Positions 39,751 through 52,081 are shown, counted from the first letter of the stretch. The stretch is 64,000 nt of DNA from an uncultured Candidatus Rokubacteria bacterium (GCA_963708025.1 CAVPSB010000025.1:256001-320000); one strand, 5' to 3'. Translations and numbers: made by a program. The notes: generated by a model from the letters alone, not told the origin.

Positions 39751-40338
39751 ATGCGCGATCGGCGGCCTCTCGTCGTGGTGATCGCCGGCCCCAACGGCGC
39801 CGGCAAGACGACGCTGGCGCCGCGTCTCCTGCAGGATGCGCTGACAGTGGCGGAGTTCGTGAACGCGGACCCCATCGCGATGGGGCTCTCCGCCTTTCGA
39901 CCGGAGTCGGTGGCGATGGCAGCCGGACGACTGATGCTCGCGCGCATGAAGACGCTGGCCAGGACGCGCCAGGAGTTCGCCTTCGAGACGACGCTGGCCA
40001 GCCGCAGCTTCGCGCCGTGGCTCACGGGCCTGCAGGCGTCGGGTTACCGCGTGCACCTCGCCTTTCTCTCGCTGTCACATCCCGACCTGGCCGTGGCCCG
40101 GGTGGCAGAGCGGGTGCGACAGGGGGGCCACGACGTGCCTGAACCCGTCGTGCGACGGCGCTTCGCGGCCGGGCTCAGGAATTTCTTCACCATGTACCGG
40201 GACGTGGCCGACACGTGGCGGATGTTCGACAACTCGGCGGCGAGCGGCCCTCGTCTGATCGCAGCGGGCGGGGCCGGGCAGGCGGTACAGGTCCTCGATG
40301 CCGGAGCCTGGGCCGGTCTGCTGGAGGGGCAGCGATGA
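39751..40338 (+). CDS. zeta-toxin-like P-loop ATPase/kinase
   Basis: IAGPNGAGKTT, FVNAD, FAFETTL, RVAERVRQGGHDVP, FDNS. Confidence 0.88.
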   Translation: MRDRRPLVVVIAGPNGAGKTTLAPRLLQDALTVAEFVNADPIAMGLSAFRPESVAMAAGRLMLARMKTLARTRQEFAFETTLASRSFAPWLTGLQASGYRVHLAFLSLSHPDLAVARVAERVRQGGHDVPEPVVRRRFAAGLRNFFTMYRDVADTWRMFDNSAASGPRLIAAGGAGQAVQVLDAGAWAGLLEGQR

Positions 40339-40686
40339 CCACGTCGGGTGATCCCGAAGTGGACCCGCTCGATCGCGTCGAGGATCTGCCGCGCATCATG
40401 AAGGCCATGACGAGCTGCGGTTCGCGAGGCGCTGCTGCGCCACAAGCTGCTGGGGAATCCGGTCGCGGTCTGGCGTGACGGGCGCGTCGTGTGGCTGGCG
40501 CCCGAGGAAATCCCGGTGGATTTCGACGACGAGCCGGACGAGCCGGACCGCGAGCCGCCGCCGGTCTCCGAAGCCCGGGCCTCTACGGTCGTCGACGCCG
40601 GCAAGGACCGCCGACCCCCAGGTGGGGGGGTTCAGGGGGGGAGTGGTTGGGACTCCCCCCCTGATGGACAGACGCCGCGGCCATGA
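40335..40686 (+). CDS. small partner (antitoxin-like) protein, frameshift near 40412
   Basis: ATGA overlap with the ATPase; VREALLRHKLLGNPVAVWRDGRVVWLAPEEI. Confidence 0.65.
40632..40664. repeat. REP-like hairpin
   Basis: TCAGGGGGGGAGT-GGTTGGG-ACTCCCCCCCTGA, 13-bp perfect stem. Confidence 0.8.
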
Positions 40687-40771
40687 TGCGGCTGCCGCCG
40701 TTCACCTACCTCGCCCCGAGACGGCTCGACGAGGCGGTGCGCCTCCTCGCCGAGCACGGCCCGGCCGCGAT
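40670..40771 (+). repeat. 102-bp direct repeat, copy 2
   Basis: Matches 39624-39725. Confidence 0.97.
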
Positions 40772-41732
40772 GGTGGTGGCGGGGGGGACCGACCTCTACC
40801 CCAACATGAAGCGGCGCCAGTTCGAGCCGACCGTCCTGGTCGGGCTCCGTGGCATCCGCGACCTGGCCGGCATCGCCGGGAGCGCGCGCGAGGGCATGAC
40901 GATCGGCGCCGGCGCCACGCTGACCCGTGTCGCGGAGCACGCGGAGATCGCCACGCACTACCCGGCGCTGGCCCGGGCGGCCGGCGTGGTCTCGACGCCC
41001 CAGCTCCGCAACATGGGGACGCTCGGCGGCAACGTGTGCGTGGACACGCGCTGCAACTACTACAACCAGTCCTTCGAGTGGCGGAAGTCGATCGGCTTCT
41101 GCATGAAGAAGGACGGCGACATCTGTCTGGTCGCGCCGGGGAGCCCCCGCTGCTGGGCGGTGTCGTCGTCGGACACGGCGCCGGTGCTGTGGAGCCTGGG
41201 TGCCGAGGTGACGCTGGCCGGCCCGCAGGGCGAGCGGCGGATCCCGATCTCGGCGCTCTACCAGGACGACGGCATCCAGTACCTCCGGAAGACGCCGGAC
41301 GAGATCGTGAGCGACATCCGGCTCCCCCCAATGACGACAAATGACGGCTGGCGGGCGACCTACTGGAAGCTCCGCCGCCGGGGCGCCTTCGACTTCCCGG
41401 TCCTGGGCGTGGCGGCCGCGGTGCGGCTAGAGGGCGACGTCTGCCGGGAGGCGCGGATCGTGCTCGGCGCGGTGGCCTCGACGCCCCGCGAGGCGCCGGA
41501 GGCCGCGGCGGCGCTGGCCGGCCAGCGGCTAACCCCCGAGGTGATCGAGCGCGCGGCCGACCTGGCGGCCCGGCCCTCGAAGCCGCTCGACAACACCGAC
41601 ATGGTCTACCACTACCGGAAGAAGGTGACGCGCGTCTACGTGGCACGGGCCCTGAAGGAGTTGGCCGGCCTGCCGCTCGACGGCGTCTGGCCGCCGGGCA
41701 TGTCGGCCCGCCCCGTCGAGGAGGGCCGGTAG
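40683..41732 (+). CDS. hcrB: FAD subunit with 4Fe-4S insertion (4-hydroxybenzoyl-CoA reductase beta-like)
   Basis: AGGTDLYPNMK, QLRNMGTLGGN, Cys insert RCNYYNQ..C.KKDGDIC..C. Confidence 0.85.
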   Translation: MMRLPPFTYLAPRRLDEAVRLLAEHGPAAMVVAGGTDLYPNMKRRQFEPTVLVGLRGIRDLAGIAGSAREGMTIGAGATLTRVAEHAEIATHYPALARAAGVVSTPQLRNMGTLGGNVCVDTRCNYYNQSFEWRKSIGFCMKKDGDICLVAPGSPRCWAVSSSDTAPVLWSLGAEVTLAGPQGERRIPISALYQDDGIQYLRKTPDEIVSDIRLPPMTTNDGWRATYWKLRRRGAFDFPVLGVAAAVRLEGDVCREARIVLGAVASTPREAPEAAAALAGQRLTPEVIERAADLAARPSKPLDNTDMVYHYRKKVTRVYVARALKELAGLPLDGVWPPGMSARPVEEGR

Positions 41733-41933
41733 ATGGACGGGCTCGGCAGCATGTCGTTCCGCTGCGAGATCTGCCTGCGACTGGTCGGCGTGGCGGCAGC
41801 CGGTCGCTGTGCGAAGTGCGGGAAGATCATGTGCCGGCGGCATCTCTGGGGTGACTGTCCCGGCCACAGCCTGACCCGGCAGCTCCAGGGGGTCTGGCAG
41901 CGCACGATGCGGCGAATGAAGGAGCGGCATTGA
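41733..41933 (+). CDS. small Cys/His-rich (zinc-finger-like) protein
   Basis: CEIC...CAKCGKIMCRRH...C; fills the hcrB-boxC gap, GAGGAGG RBS. Confidence 0.65.
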   Translation: MDGLGSMSFRCEICLRLVGVAAAGRCAKCGKIMCRRHLWGDCPGHSLTRQLQGVWQRTMRRMKERH

Positions 41934-41936
41934 GGC

Positions 41937-43624
41937 ATGGCTGAGAATCAGAGCACCTGGGTGGACTTCCGGACCGAGCCGGCGCGCTACAAGCACTGGA
42001 GCCTGGCCATCGACGGCCGGGTGGCGACCCTCGCGATGAACGTCCAGGAGGACGCGGGGCTCCGGCCCGGCTACGAGCTGAAGCTCAACTCGTACGACCT
42101 GGGCGTGGACGTCGAGCTGTACGACGCGGTCCAGCGGCTCCGGTTCGAGCACCCGGAGGTCGGCGCCGTCGTCATCCGCTCGGCCAAGGAGCGGGTGTTC
42201 TGCGCGGGGGCCAACATCCGGATGCTCAGCCAGTCGAGCCACGGCTGGAAGGTGAACTTCTGCAAGTTCACCAACGAGACCCGGAACGCGATCGAGGAGG
42301 CCAGCGCCGAGTCGGGCCAGCGCTACCTCACCGCGGTGAACGGGCCGTGCGCGGGCGGTGGCTACGAGATCGCGCTGGCCACCGACTGGATCGTCATGGC
42401 CGACGACGGGAACACCTCGGTCGCGCTCCCCGAGGTGCCGCTCCTGGCCGTGCTGCCGGGGACCGGCGGTCTCACCCGCCTGGTGGACAAGCGGAAGGTC
42501 CGGCGCGACCGGGCGGACTTCTTCTGCACGGTGGAGGAGGGCGTCAAGGGCCAGCGGGCACTCGACTGGGGGCTGGTGGACGAGCTGGTGCCGCGGACCC
42601 GCCTGGAGGAGACGGCGCGCCAGCGCGCGGCCGAGTCGGCGGCGCGGAGCGACCGGCCGGCCGGCGCCCGCGGCATCGCGCTGACGATGCTCGCCCGCAC
42701 CATCGAGGGCGACGAGATCCACTACGCCCATGTGACCTGCCGCCTGGACCGCGCCCGCGGGGTCGCCGAGATCACCGTCCGGGCGCCCGGGACCGACCCG
42801 CCGGCCGACGTCGCCGCGATCCACGCCCAGGGCTGCGCCTTCTGGCCGCTCGCCCTCGCCCGGGAGCTGGACGACCTGATCCTCCACCTCCGGACCAACG
42901 AGGAGCAGGTCGGGCTCTGGGTCCTCCGGACCGAGGGGAATGGGGAGAGCGGCGGGAGCGCCGACCGGGTCGAGGCCTACGACCGGCTGCTCGCCACCCA
43001 CGCCAAGGACTGGCTGGTCCGCGAGATCCGCCTCTACCTGCGGCGCACGCTCAAGCGCCTGGACGCCTCCTCGCGCTCGATCTTCGCGCTGGTCGAGCCC
43101 GGCTCCTGCTTCGCCGGCACGCTGCTCGAGCTGGCGCTGGCCGCCGACCGCGCCTACATGCTGGACGGGTCCCGCGAGGGCGACGACCGGCCGCCGGCCA
43201 CCCTGCGCCTGACCGAGGCGAACTTCGGCGCCTACCCCATGCCCAACGGGCTGACGCGGCTCCAGAGCCGGTTCCTCGGCGAGCCGGGGCGGGTCGAGGA
43301 GCGGCGGGGGCGGATCGGGGAGGACCTGGACGCGGCGGCCGCCGACAAGGCCGGCCTCGTCACGTTCACGCCCGACGACATCGACTGGGACGACGAGGTC
43401 CGCCTGGCGATCGAGGCGCGCGCGGCCTTCTCGCCGGACGCGCTGACCGGCATGGAGGCCTCGCTCCGCTTCGGCGGACCGGAGACCGTGGAGACGAAGA
43501 TCTTCGGCCGCCTGTCGGCCTGGCAGAACTGGATCTTCCAGCGCCCGAACGCGGTCGGGGAGAAGGGCGCGCTGCGCGTCTACGGCACCGGCCAGCGCGC
43601 CGAGTTCGACCGGAGGAGAGTGTG

Positions 43625-43625
<1 letters not shown>
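41937..43625 (+). CDS. boxC: 2,3-epoxybenzoyl-CoA dihydrolase
   Basis: YELKLNSYDLGVDVEL, KVNFCKFTNETRN, LPEVPLLAVLPGTGG, RLSAWQNWIFQRPNAVG. Confidence 0.96.
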
Positions 43626-45064
<1,439 letters not shown>

Positions 45065-45086
45065 GAGCGCGTGAAGGAATCGGGTC

Positions 45087-45148
45087 CCTCCGGCTCCCCC
45101 CTCCCCCCCGGTGGGTGGGGAAGGGGGGCTGGGGGGTGGGCGGGAGGT
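45087..45148. repeat. C-rich/G-rich REP-like element
   Basis: Near copy at 63264-63326. Confidence 0.75.
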
Positions 45149-45217
45149 CTCGAACTGAGTCGGGAAGGACGTGAAGCGATCGCCGTGCTCGGGCAGCCTG
45201 GAGGTGGCGGCGGCCGG

Positions 45218-45290
45218 CCCCCCTCCCCCCGCCAGAGGCCGAAGGCCGTCCGATCAGTCGGGAGGGGTCGGGGGTGGGGGAGGTCTCGAA
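45218..45290. repeat. second related REP-like element
   Basis: CCCCTCCC...GGGAGGGG stem; shares the GGGAGGTCTCGAA tail with 45142-45154. Confidence 0.6.
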
Positions 45291-45297
45291 TAGTCCG

Positions 45298-45852
45298 ATG
45301 AAGCTCGGGGCACGGATCAAGGGGCTCCGGACGGAGCGCGGCATTCGCCAGAACGAGCTGGCGCAGAAGGCCGGGCTGACGGCGAGCCTCGTCTCCCAGA
45401 TCGAGTCGGACAAACTCTCGCCCTCGCTCCACACGCTCGGCCGGCTGGCCGGCGCCCTCGGGGTCCCGATCGGGGCCCTCTTCGAGCAGGCGCCGAACGG
45501 CCGGGTCCACGTGGGGCGGCAGAAGGACCACGCGGTGGTGAGCTTCGACGGCTCGACCGAGCGCTGGGAGGTGCTGTCGGCCGGCCTCTTCCGCGGCAAG
45601 GTGCGGGCGGTCGTCTCGACGCTGCGGGGGCGCGGGAAGAGCGTCCCGCCCGAGCGTGTCCAGATCGAGCCGGGCCAGATGAAGCTGATGTACGTCGTCC
45701 GCGGCAAGGTGGCGCTCCACTACAACGGCGAGCGCCACCTGATGGAGGCCGGCGACTCCGCCTACCTGGACGGCGGCGTGCCCCACACCTGGGAGAACCT
45801 GGGGGCGGGCGAGGCCCGGACCCTCTGGGTCATCACCGGCAAGGACGAATGA
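45298..45852 (+). CDS. XRE-family HTH + cupin transcriptional regulator
   Basis: LGARIKGLR..ELAQKAGLTASLVSQIE..PSL; GDSAYLDGGVPHTWEN. Confidence 0.92.
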   Translation: MKLGARIKGLRTERGIRQNELAQKAGLTASLVSQIESDKLSPSLHTLGRLAGALGVPIGALFEQAPNGRVHVGRQKDHAVVSFDGSTERWEVLSAGLFRGKVRAVVSTLRGRGKSVPPERVQIEPGQMKLMYVVRGKVALHYNGERHLMEAGDSAYLDGGVPHTWENLGAGEARTLWVITGKDE

Positions 45853-47186
45853 GCGCGCTCCCGCTGATCCAGGTGGATGCGTTCTACGACCGCGAGCGCG
45901 AGACGGCGCCGCCGGAGCAGCTGCGCGCCTGGCAGTGGGAGCGGCTCACCGCCGGCCTGGCCGAGGTCTGGGCGTCGAACCCGTTCTGGCGGGCACGCCT
46001 CGCGGCGGCCGGCCTCCGCGACCCCCGCGACGTCGCCTCGTGGGACGACTTCGCCCGGCTGCCGCGGCTCGAGAAGCCGGAGCTGGGGGCCGACCAGGCC
46101 GCGCGCCCGCCGTTCGGCACGAACCTGACGTACCCGCTGGAGCGCTACGTCCGCGCCTTCCAGACCTCGGGGACCACCGGCCCGCCGATCCGCTGGCTGG
46201 AGACGGAGGAGTCGTGGGCCTGGTGGGCGCGCTGCTGGGTGTACGTCTTCCGGGCCGCCGGGCTCGGGCCGGGGGACCGGCTCTTCTTCCCGTTCTCCTT
46301 CGGCCTCTTCATCGGCTTCTGGGCCGGCCTCGAGGGGGCCCGGATGCTCGGCGCGCTGGCGCTCCCCGGCGGCGGTCAGGACTCGCCGACGCGCGTCCAC
46401 TGGATCCGGGAGCTGGGCGCGACCGCGCTGGTCTGCACGCCGTCCTACGGCCTCCACCTGGCCGAGGTCGCGATGGGGCAGGGGATCGACCCCGCGAAGC
46501 TCGGCGTCCGCACGACGGTCCACGCCGGCGAGCCGGGTGCCGGCATCCCGGCGGTCCGCCAGCGGCTGGAGACGCTGTGGGGCGCGCGGGCGTACGACCA
46601 CGCCGGCATGACGGAGGTCGGCGCCTACAGCTTCGCCTGCCCGGTCCAGTCGGGCCTCCACGTCAACGAGGTCGAGTTCATCGCCGAGGTGCTGGATCCG
46701 GAGACGGGTCGGCCGATCGCGCCCGGCGAGCTCGGCGAGCTGACGCTCACCAACCTGGGCCGGTGGGGGGCGCCGGTGCTCCGCTACCGCACCGGCGACC
46801 GCGTCCGGCTGGCGGCCGCGCCGTGCCCCTGCGGCCGGACGTTCGCCAGCCTCGAGGGCGGCATCCTCGGCCGCGTTGACGACATGCTGATCGTCCGCGG
46901 CGTCAACGTCTTCCCCTCGGCGCTGGAAGGGATCGTCCGGCAGTTCGACGCGGTGGACGAGTTCCAGATCGAGGTCTACCGGCGGGGCGCGATGGACGAG
47001 GTCCGGCTCCTGCTGGAGATCGACGGGGGGCACCGCGCCCCGGACGCGGTCACCGGGACGTGCGACGCCGTCGTCGAGGCCGTCCGCCGGAACATCGGCA
47101 TCCGGATCGAGGCCGCCCCGGTGCCGGCCCGGAGCCTCCCGCGCTACGAGCTGAAGGCCCGCCGTCTGGTGCGGCGCGACGCCTGA
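45849..47186 (+). CDS. phenylacetate-CoA ligase (PaaK) family protein
   Basis: TSGTTG, CTPSY, AGEP, GMTE, RYRTGD, GRVDDMLIVRGVNVFPS. Confidence 0.9.
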   Translation: MSALPLIQVDAFYDRERETAPPEQLRAWQWERLTAGLAEVWASNPFWRARLAAAGLRDPRDVASWDDFARLPRLEKPELGADQAARPPFGTNLTYPLERYVRAFQTSGTTGPPIRWLETEESWAWWARCWVYVFRAAGLGPGDRLFFPFSFGLFIGFWAGLEGARMLGALALPGGGQDSPTRVHWIRELGATALVCTPSYGLHLAEVAMGQGIDPAKLGVRTTVHAGEPGAGIPAVRQRLETLWGARAYDHAGMTEVGAYSFACPVQSGLHVNEVEFIAEVLDPETGRPIAPGELGELTLTNLGRWGAPVLRYRTGDRVRLAAAPCPCGRTFASLEGGILGRVDDMLIVRGVNVFPSALEGIVRQFDAVDEFQIEVYRRGAMDEVRLLLEIDGGHRAPDAVTGTCDAVVEAVRRNIGIRIEAAPVPARSLPRYELKARRLVRRDA

Positions 47187-47190
47187 CGGG

Positions 47191-47437
47191 TCACCGCCGC
47201 CCGACGAGCGCGGGCATCGCCGCGAAGAGCACGAACAGCAGGAGCGTGATGCCTCCGGCGACCGAGCGGAAGCCGGCCAGGTAGTCCGCGATCGACAGGC
47301 CGCGAAGCCAGCGCGTGCCGGCGACCTCGGCGACGAGCGGCAGGCCGAGCGCCACGAGTCCCATGGCCGCCCGGGTCTGGAGCGCCGGCGACTCCGCGTT
47401 GTGCATCGCGTTCATCGATTGCTCTCCCCGGGTCATG
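47191..47437 (-). pseudogene. possible C-terminal remnant of a membrane protein
   Basis: Two hydrophobic segments ending LFAAMPALVGRR; N-terminus looks unrelated. Confidence 0.35.
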
Positions 47438-47438
47438 G

Positions 47439-48215
47439 TCACGCCGGCTTCGCCGCGCGGACCAGCGCCAGGTGGTCCTCCAGGTCGTCCTTGGCGGTGA
47501 CGGCGCGGAGAACGACCTCGTCGATGACGCCGTCCCAGCGGGCGAGCGCCGGGCGGATCGTCTCGGGCGTCTCCGCGGCGATCGCCGTCTCCACCGGCGC
47601 CGCTCCCATCCGCTCGAAGTGGTCCGCGTAGGCGGGGATCGCCGTGTAGCGGGCCCCCTCCGCCTCCACCCGGGCGCCTGCGCCCGGCCCGAGGGCGAAC
47701 CGCACGTACCCGAAAAGCCGCGGCGCGGGCCGGTGCGCGGCCGCCGCCCCGGCCCGCACCCACTCGGCCGACTGCCGCGCGTGCCCGGGCGTGAGCCAGT
47801 TGAAGAGGACGCCGTCGGCGACCTCGCCGGCGAGGCGGCACATCCGGGGGCCGAGCGCGGCCACGACGATCCTCGCCGGCAGCGCCGCCCGGAGCGCGGC
47901 GACCCCCGCCCGCACGCGCGCGAGCGCGCTCGGGTTCGGGCTGCCCACCCCGAGCAGGAGGCGATTCACCGGCAGCCCGCCGGCCCGCACGCCCTCGGCG
48001 ATGCTCTCCGGGCCGCGGGTGTGGAGCGGGATGACGCCGACCCCGAGCGCCATGCGCCGGGTCTCGCCGGCGGCGTGCGCGAGCGCGGCCAGCCCGTTGA
48101 CGGGGCCGGGATGGTTCACCCAGAACGAGGTGTAACCGAGCGTCTCGGCCTCCCGCGCGGTAGCGCCGATGATGTCGGGGCGGGTGCCGGCGAAGAGCGC
48201 GAATCCCAGGGTCAT
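47439..48215 (-). CDS. LLM-class flavin-dependent oxidoreductase
   Basis: AETLGYTSFW, LGVGVIP, AALGPRMCRLAGEVADGV. Confidence 0.88.
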   Translation of the reverse strand: MTLGFALFAGTRPDIIGATAREAETLGYTSFWVNHPGPVNGLAALAHAAGETRRMALGVGVIPLHTRGPESIAEGVRAGGLPVNRLLLGVGSPNPSALARVRAGVAALRAALPARIVVAALGPRMCRLAGEVADGVLFNWLTPGHARQSAEWVRAGAAAAHRPAPRLFGYVRFALGPGAGARVEAEGARYTAIPAYADHFERMGAAPVETAIAAETPETIRPALARWDGVIDEVVLRAVTAKDDLEDHLALVRAAKPA

Positions 48216-48427
48216 CGTTTCCTCCAGGTGGGCATCGGTCCGCCGACCACCGTATCATGGAACGGTGTGGGGGACGCGCCGGGCGGCTGCTTTCGAGGCG
48301 CTGCCGCAGATGCGTTGGGGGTTGTGGATGCACTACGACCGTGAGCTTCTCTCGATCGCGCTGTGGAGCGCGTGTTGCGTCCCGGGCTAGCGGCGTTTCC
48401 TCTCGCGGAAGTCGCCGTCCTGGTCGG

Positions 48428-50537
48428 ATGAGCCGCAGGGTGGTGTTCACGCGCGGCGAGCGCAAGCGGCTCCAGGCCTCGGTGCTCCTCGCGCTGGGAG
48501 TCGGCGGGCTGCTCGTCGCGGCCTTCCTGGTGGGGCTGGGCGCGACGGCCCGGGTCGGAGCCGGCGACCTCCTCTTCCGCGCGCGGCCCGCGCGGAGCGC
48601 CCGGTCCACGGTGCTGGTGGGGATCGACCAGCGGAGCCACCAGGCCCTGCTGCCCGAGTACGGGCCGATGGCCGCCTGGCCCCGGACCCTGTACGCCCGC
48701 GCTCTCGACGCGCTCGGCGCGGCCGGCCCCCGCGTCGTGGCCCTGGCGATCTTCTTCGACGCGCCCAAGCCGGGAGACGGGGAGCTGGCCGACGCCATGC
48801 GGCGCGCCGGCAACGTCCTCACGCCGGTGGAGGCGCAGGGGCCGAAGCAACTCGATCCTGGCCCGGGCGTGGCCCAGGAGTTCGAGGTGTTCGTCCGCCC
48901 CACCCGGATGGTGCGCGACGCCGCCGCCGGCGAGGGGCTGACGAACATCACGACCGCTCGGGACAGCCTCGTCCGCGGTCTGCCGCTGCTCCTGCGCGCG
49001 GGCGGCGAGGAGCTCCCCAGCCTGCCGCTCGCGATCGTGGCCCGCTTCACCCGGCGGCCCGCCGTCCTCGACGCGCCGCCGACCGCCGCGGTCGTCTCCG
49101 CCGCCGGCCGCGCGATCCCGGTGACCGAGGGCGACGTCATGCTCATCAACTTCCTCGGTCCTCCATCGCACCTACGGCCGGGCACCGGCCCTCCCAGGCC
49201 CCGCGAGCCCTTTCGGGTCATCCCGTTCGTTCGACGTGGTGGAGGGCCGCTTCGACCCGAGCCTGGTCCGGGACCGGATCGTCCTGCTCGGTCCCACCAT
49301 CCGGGGCGTGGACGAGCATCCGACCCCGACGACCACCGACACCCGGATGTCGGGCGTCGAGATCCTGGCCAGCGCGGTCGAGACCATCCTCCAGCAGGAG
49401 TACCTCCAGCCGATGCCGCCCACCGTCAACGCCGGGTTGATCCTCCTGCTGGCCCTGGTGGGCGCGCTGGCGGTAGCGGCCTGGACCCCGCTGCCGGCCG
49501 CCCTGGCGGTGGCGGCCACGCTCGCGCTCTACCTGACGCTGGCGACGGTTTCCTTCGAGGGCGGCCGGATCCTCGATCTGGTCTACCCGCCGGCGGGGCT
49601 TCTCCTGGCGTTCGCGGCCGCGCTCTCCTACCGCGTGGTCTTCGGCGAGGCCCAGCAGCGGATGATCCGGGATGCCATGGCCCGCTACCTCTCGCCGGCG
49701 GTCAGCCGGTGGGTGCTGGAGGACCCGGATCGGCTCCGGCTGGGCGGCGAGCTGCGTGAGATGACGGTCCTGTTCAGCGACCTCCGGGACTTCACGACGC
49801 TCGCCCACGCCCTGCCGCCCGAGACGCTGGTGTCGCTGCTCAACACCTACCGGACCGAGATGACGGAGATCGTCCTCCGCCACGACGGGGTCCTGGCGCA
49901 GTACGCCGGCGATGCGATCGAGGCGTTCTGGAACGCACCCATGGATCAGCTGGACCACGCCCGGCGGGCGTGCCGGACCGCGCTGGAAATGCTCGGCCGG
50001 CTGCGCCAGCTGGCCCCGGACTTCGCGCAACGCGGCTGGACCGGGCTGGACATGGGTATCGGGATCAACACGGGGCGGATGGTGGTGGGCAACATGGGAT
50101 CGCGGAACCACCTCGCCTACACGGCGGTCGGTGACCCCGTCAACGTGGCCGCCCGGCTCGAGGGGCTGTCGAAAACGTATGGGGCGCGCATCGTCGTCGG
50201 CGAGACGGCCCGGGCGGCGGCCGGCGACGCCGTCGTCTTTCGCTTCCTCGACGTCGTGGCGGTGAAGGGGCGCGCCGAGCCGCTGACGGTCTACGAGCCG
50301 GTGGCTCTGGCCGGCGCGGTGACGGCGCCCGTGGCGCGGCGCCTCGAGCGGTACCACGAGGGCATCGCCCTCTACCGGGCGCGCCGGTGGCCCGAGGCGG
50401 CGGCCCTCTTCGACGCGCTGGCCGCCGAGGCGCCGGAGGACGGTCCGATCGCGCTCTACCGCCGGCGCAGTCGCGAGCTGGCCGAGGAGCCACCCCCCGC
50501 CGACTGGAACGGCGTGTACGTGGCGCGGACGAAGTAG
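48428..50537 (+). CDS. CHASE2-domain adenylate/guanylate cyclase (frameshift near 49230)
   Basis: LVGIDQRS..WPR, GVEI, three TM helices, TVLFSDLRDFT, GDAI, GIGINTG, YTAVGDPVNVAARLE. Confidence 0.92.
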
Positions 50538-50541
50538 CCGG

Positions 50542-51663
50542 CTACCGGACGAAGCCTGCCAGCTCCAGGGGAGAGAGCAGGATGGTTCCCGGCGGCTCCC
50601 CGGTGACCGGGCGAAGCGTCTCCAGCCGGCCGCCCGCGACGCGCGCCGTCCGCGGATCGGCGCCGGTCGAGGCCGGATCGGCGCCGCTCGAGGCCAGCCA
50701 CTGGACGATCGCAGCGCTCAGCCGTTCACCGCGCCGGATATCCTGGCGCGCCTCCGCGCGATAGACGGGCTCGCCCCGGAATGCTCCGACCACTCGTACG
50801 GTGAACGGCCCGTCGGCGAGCGCGACCAGCACCAGGCGATAGGTCCCGATGGCTCCCGCCGGGACGTCCACTGTCCGGCTGCCATCCTGACGCATCGCGG
50901 TGCGGGAGCCGAAGACCTGGTTCACCTCGATCCCCGGCTCCACGAACCCGGCCACGCGCCGTCCGTCCGGCATGATGAGGAGCGGGAGCACCGGACCGCT
51001 GGTCGTGACCTCGATGGTGCTCTGGTTCACCCGGAACAGCTCGATCACCGGTGGACCCGTGGGACCGATCGTGGCCTTCTCCCCGGGGCCCAGGCGCGCC
51101 AGGTGGCGCCCGCTGTCGTTCTCCACATCGAGCGTGCCGGCCCGGGTCCAGCAGACGAAGCCGCCATCGGGCCGGCTCTGGGCGCCGATGAGCCCGTCGT
51201 GGGCCGTCGCGGTGTAGGCGTTCGCCTCGAGCGAAACGGTGCCTCGCCCTCCCAGCCAGCTCGCCAGGCGCGCCCACACGGTGCCCGACCGGAGCAGTAC
51301 CCGGAGGCTCGAGCGGTCGCGGCTGACCTCCAGGCGCTTGACCTGGACGTCGGAGCCGGGCTCGACGGTGACCGTGCTGCCGTCGAGGAAGGTGATCAGC
51401 GCCCGGCCGTCCGGCCCGGTGAGCACGCGGTCGCCCTCGACGAGGTTGCTTCCCGTGGCGGCCGGGCGGGGCGCGCTCCCGCCGGCCGGCCAGTACTCCA
51501 CGCGCCCGCCGAGGAGGCTGAGCGTGGCCGCGGTGGAAACGGTGACCGGCCGCGCTGCCTCGGCCGTGCCGCCGCCGGGGTGAAGGACGCCCAGCGCGAG
51601 CGCGGCTGCCACGAGGGTAGCGCGGGCCGACCGTCCCGATCGTCGCGCGCGCTCGCTTGTCAT
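50542..51663 (-). CDS. exported FecR-domain protein
   Basis: Signal peptide, LVEGDRVLTGPDGRALITFLDGSTVTVEPGS. Confidence 0.8.
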   Translation of the reverse strand: MTSERARRSGRSARATLVAAALALGVLHPGGGTAEAARPVTVSTAATLSLLGGRVEYWPAGGSAPRPAATGSNLVEGDRVLTGPDGRALITFLDGSTVTVEPGSDVQVKRLEVSRDRSSLRVLLRSGTVWARLASWLGGRGTVSLEANAYTATAHDGLIGAQSRPDGGFVCWTRAGTLDVENDSGRHLARLGPGEKATIGPTGPPVIELFRVNQSTIEVTTSGPVLPLLIMPDGRRVAGFVEPGIEVNQVFGSRTAMRQDGSRTVDVPAGAIGTYRLVLVALADGPFTVRVVGAFRGEPVYRAEARQDIRRGERLSAAIVQWLASSGADPASTGADPRTARVAGGRLETLRPVTGEPPGTILLSPLELAGFVR

Positions 51664-52081
51664 GGCGCGCCTCCTCGAACCGCCCGGCTGACGAAGCCTC
51701 GTCGCCGGGGCCCGACGGTGTCCCGTGTCGGGGGGCGACATCACCGATAGCCAGCTTACCAGGCATCGCGGCACCGCGCCCGGTAGGTGCTCTGCTTCGG
51801 TCATGGCCGGCGGATCGGCGCCCTCGGCTCGACGGCTGCGAAGCCCTCACGCGATTCTCGCGCGAGCTGGCGACCGTCTGAGGCTCGGCGGCTCCAGCCG
51901 CCGCATGGTGCTCGCGGGCCGGGGGTGTATCGACGGCTACAGATCCCCGGCCGGGCAGCGGGTATACTCCCCTTGACGGGGACCGGCAGCCCGCTCCGCG
52001 GCGAGACGGGGGCGCACGAGATCACGGTCCAGTGTCTTCTCTGCGGTGGGTGATGGCCTGACGTCGAGGAAGGAGTGGCTC

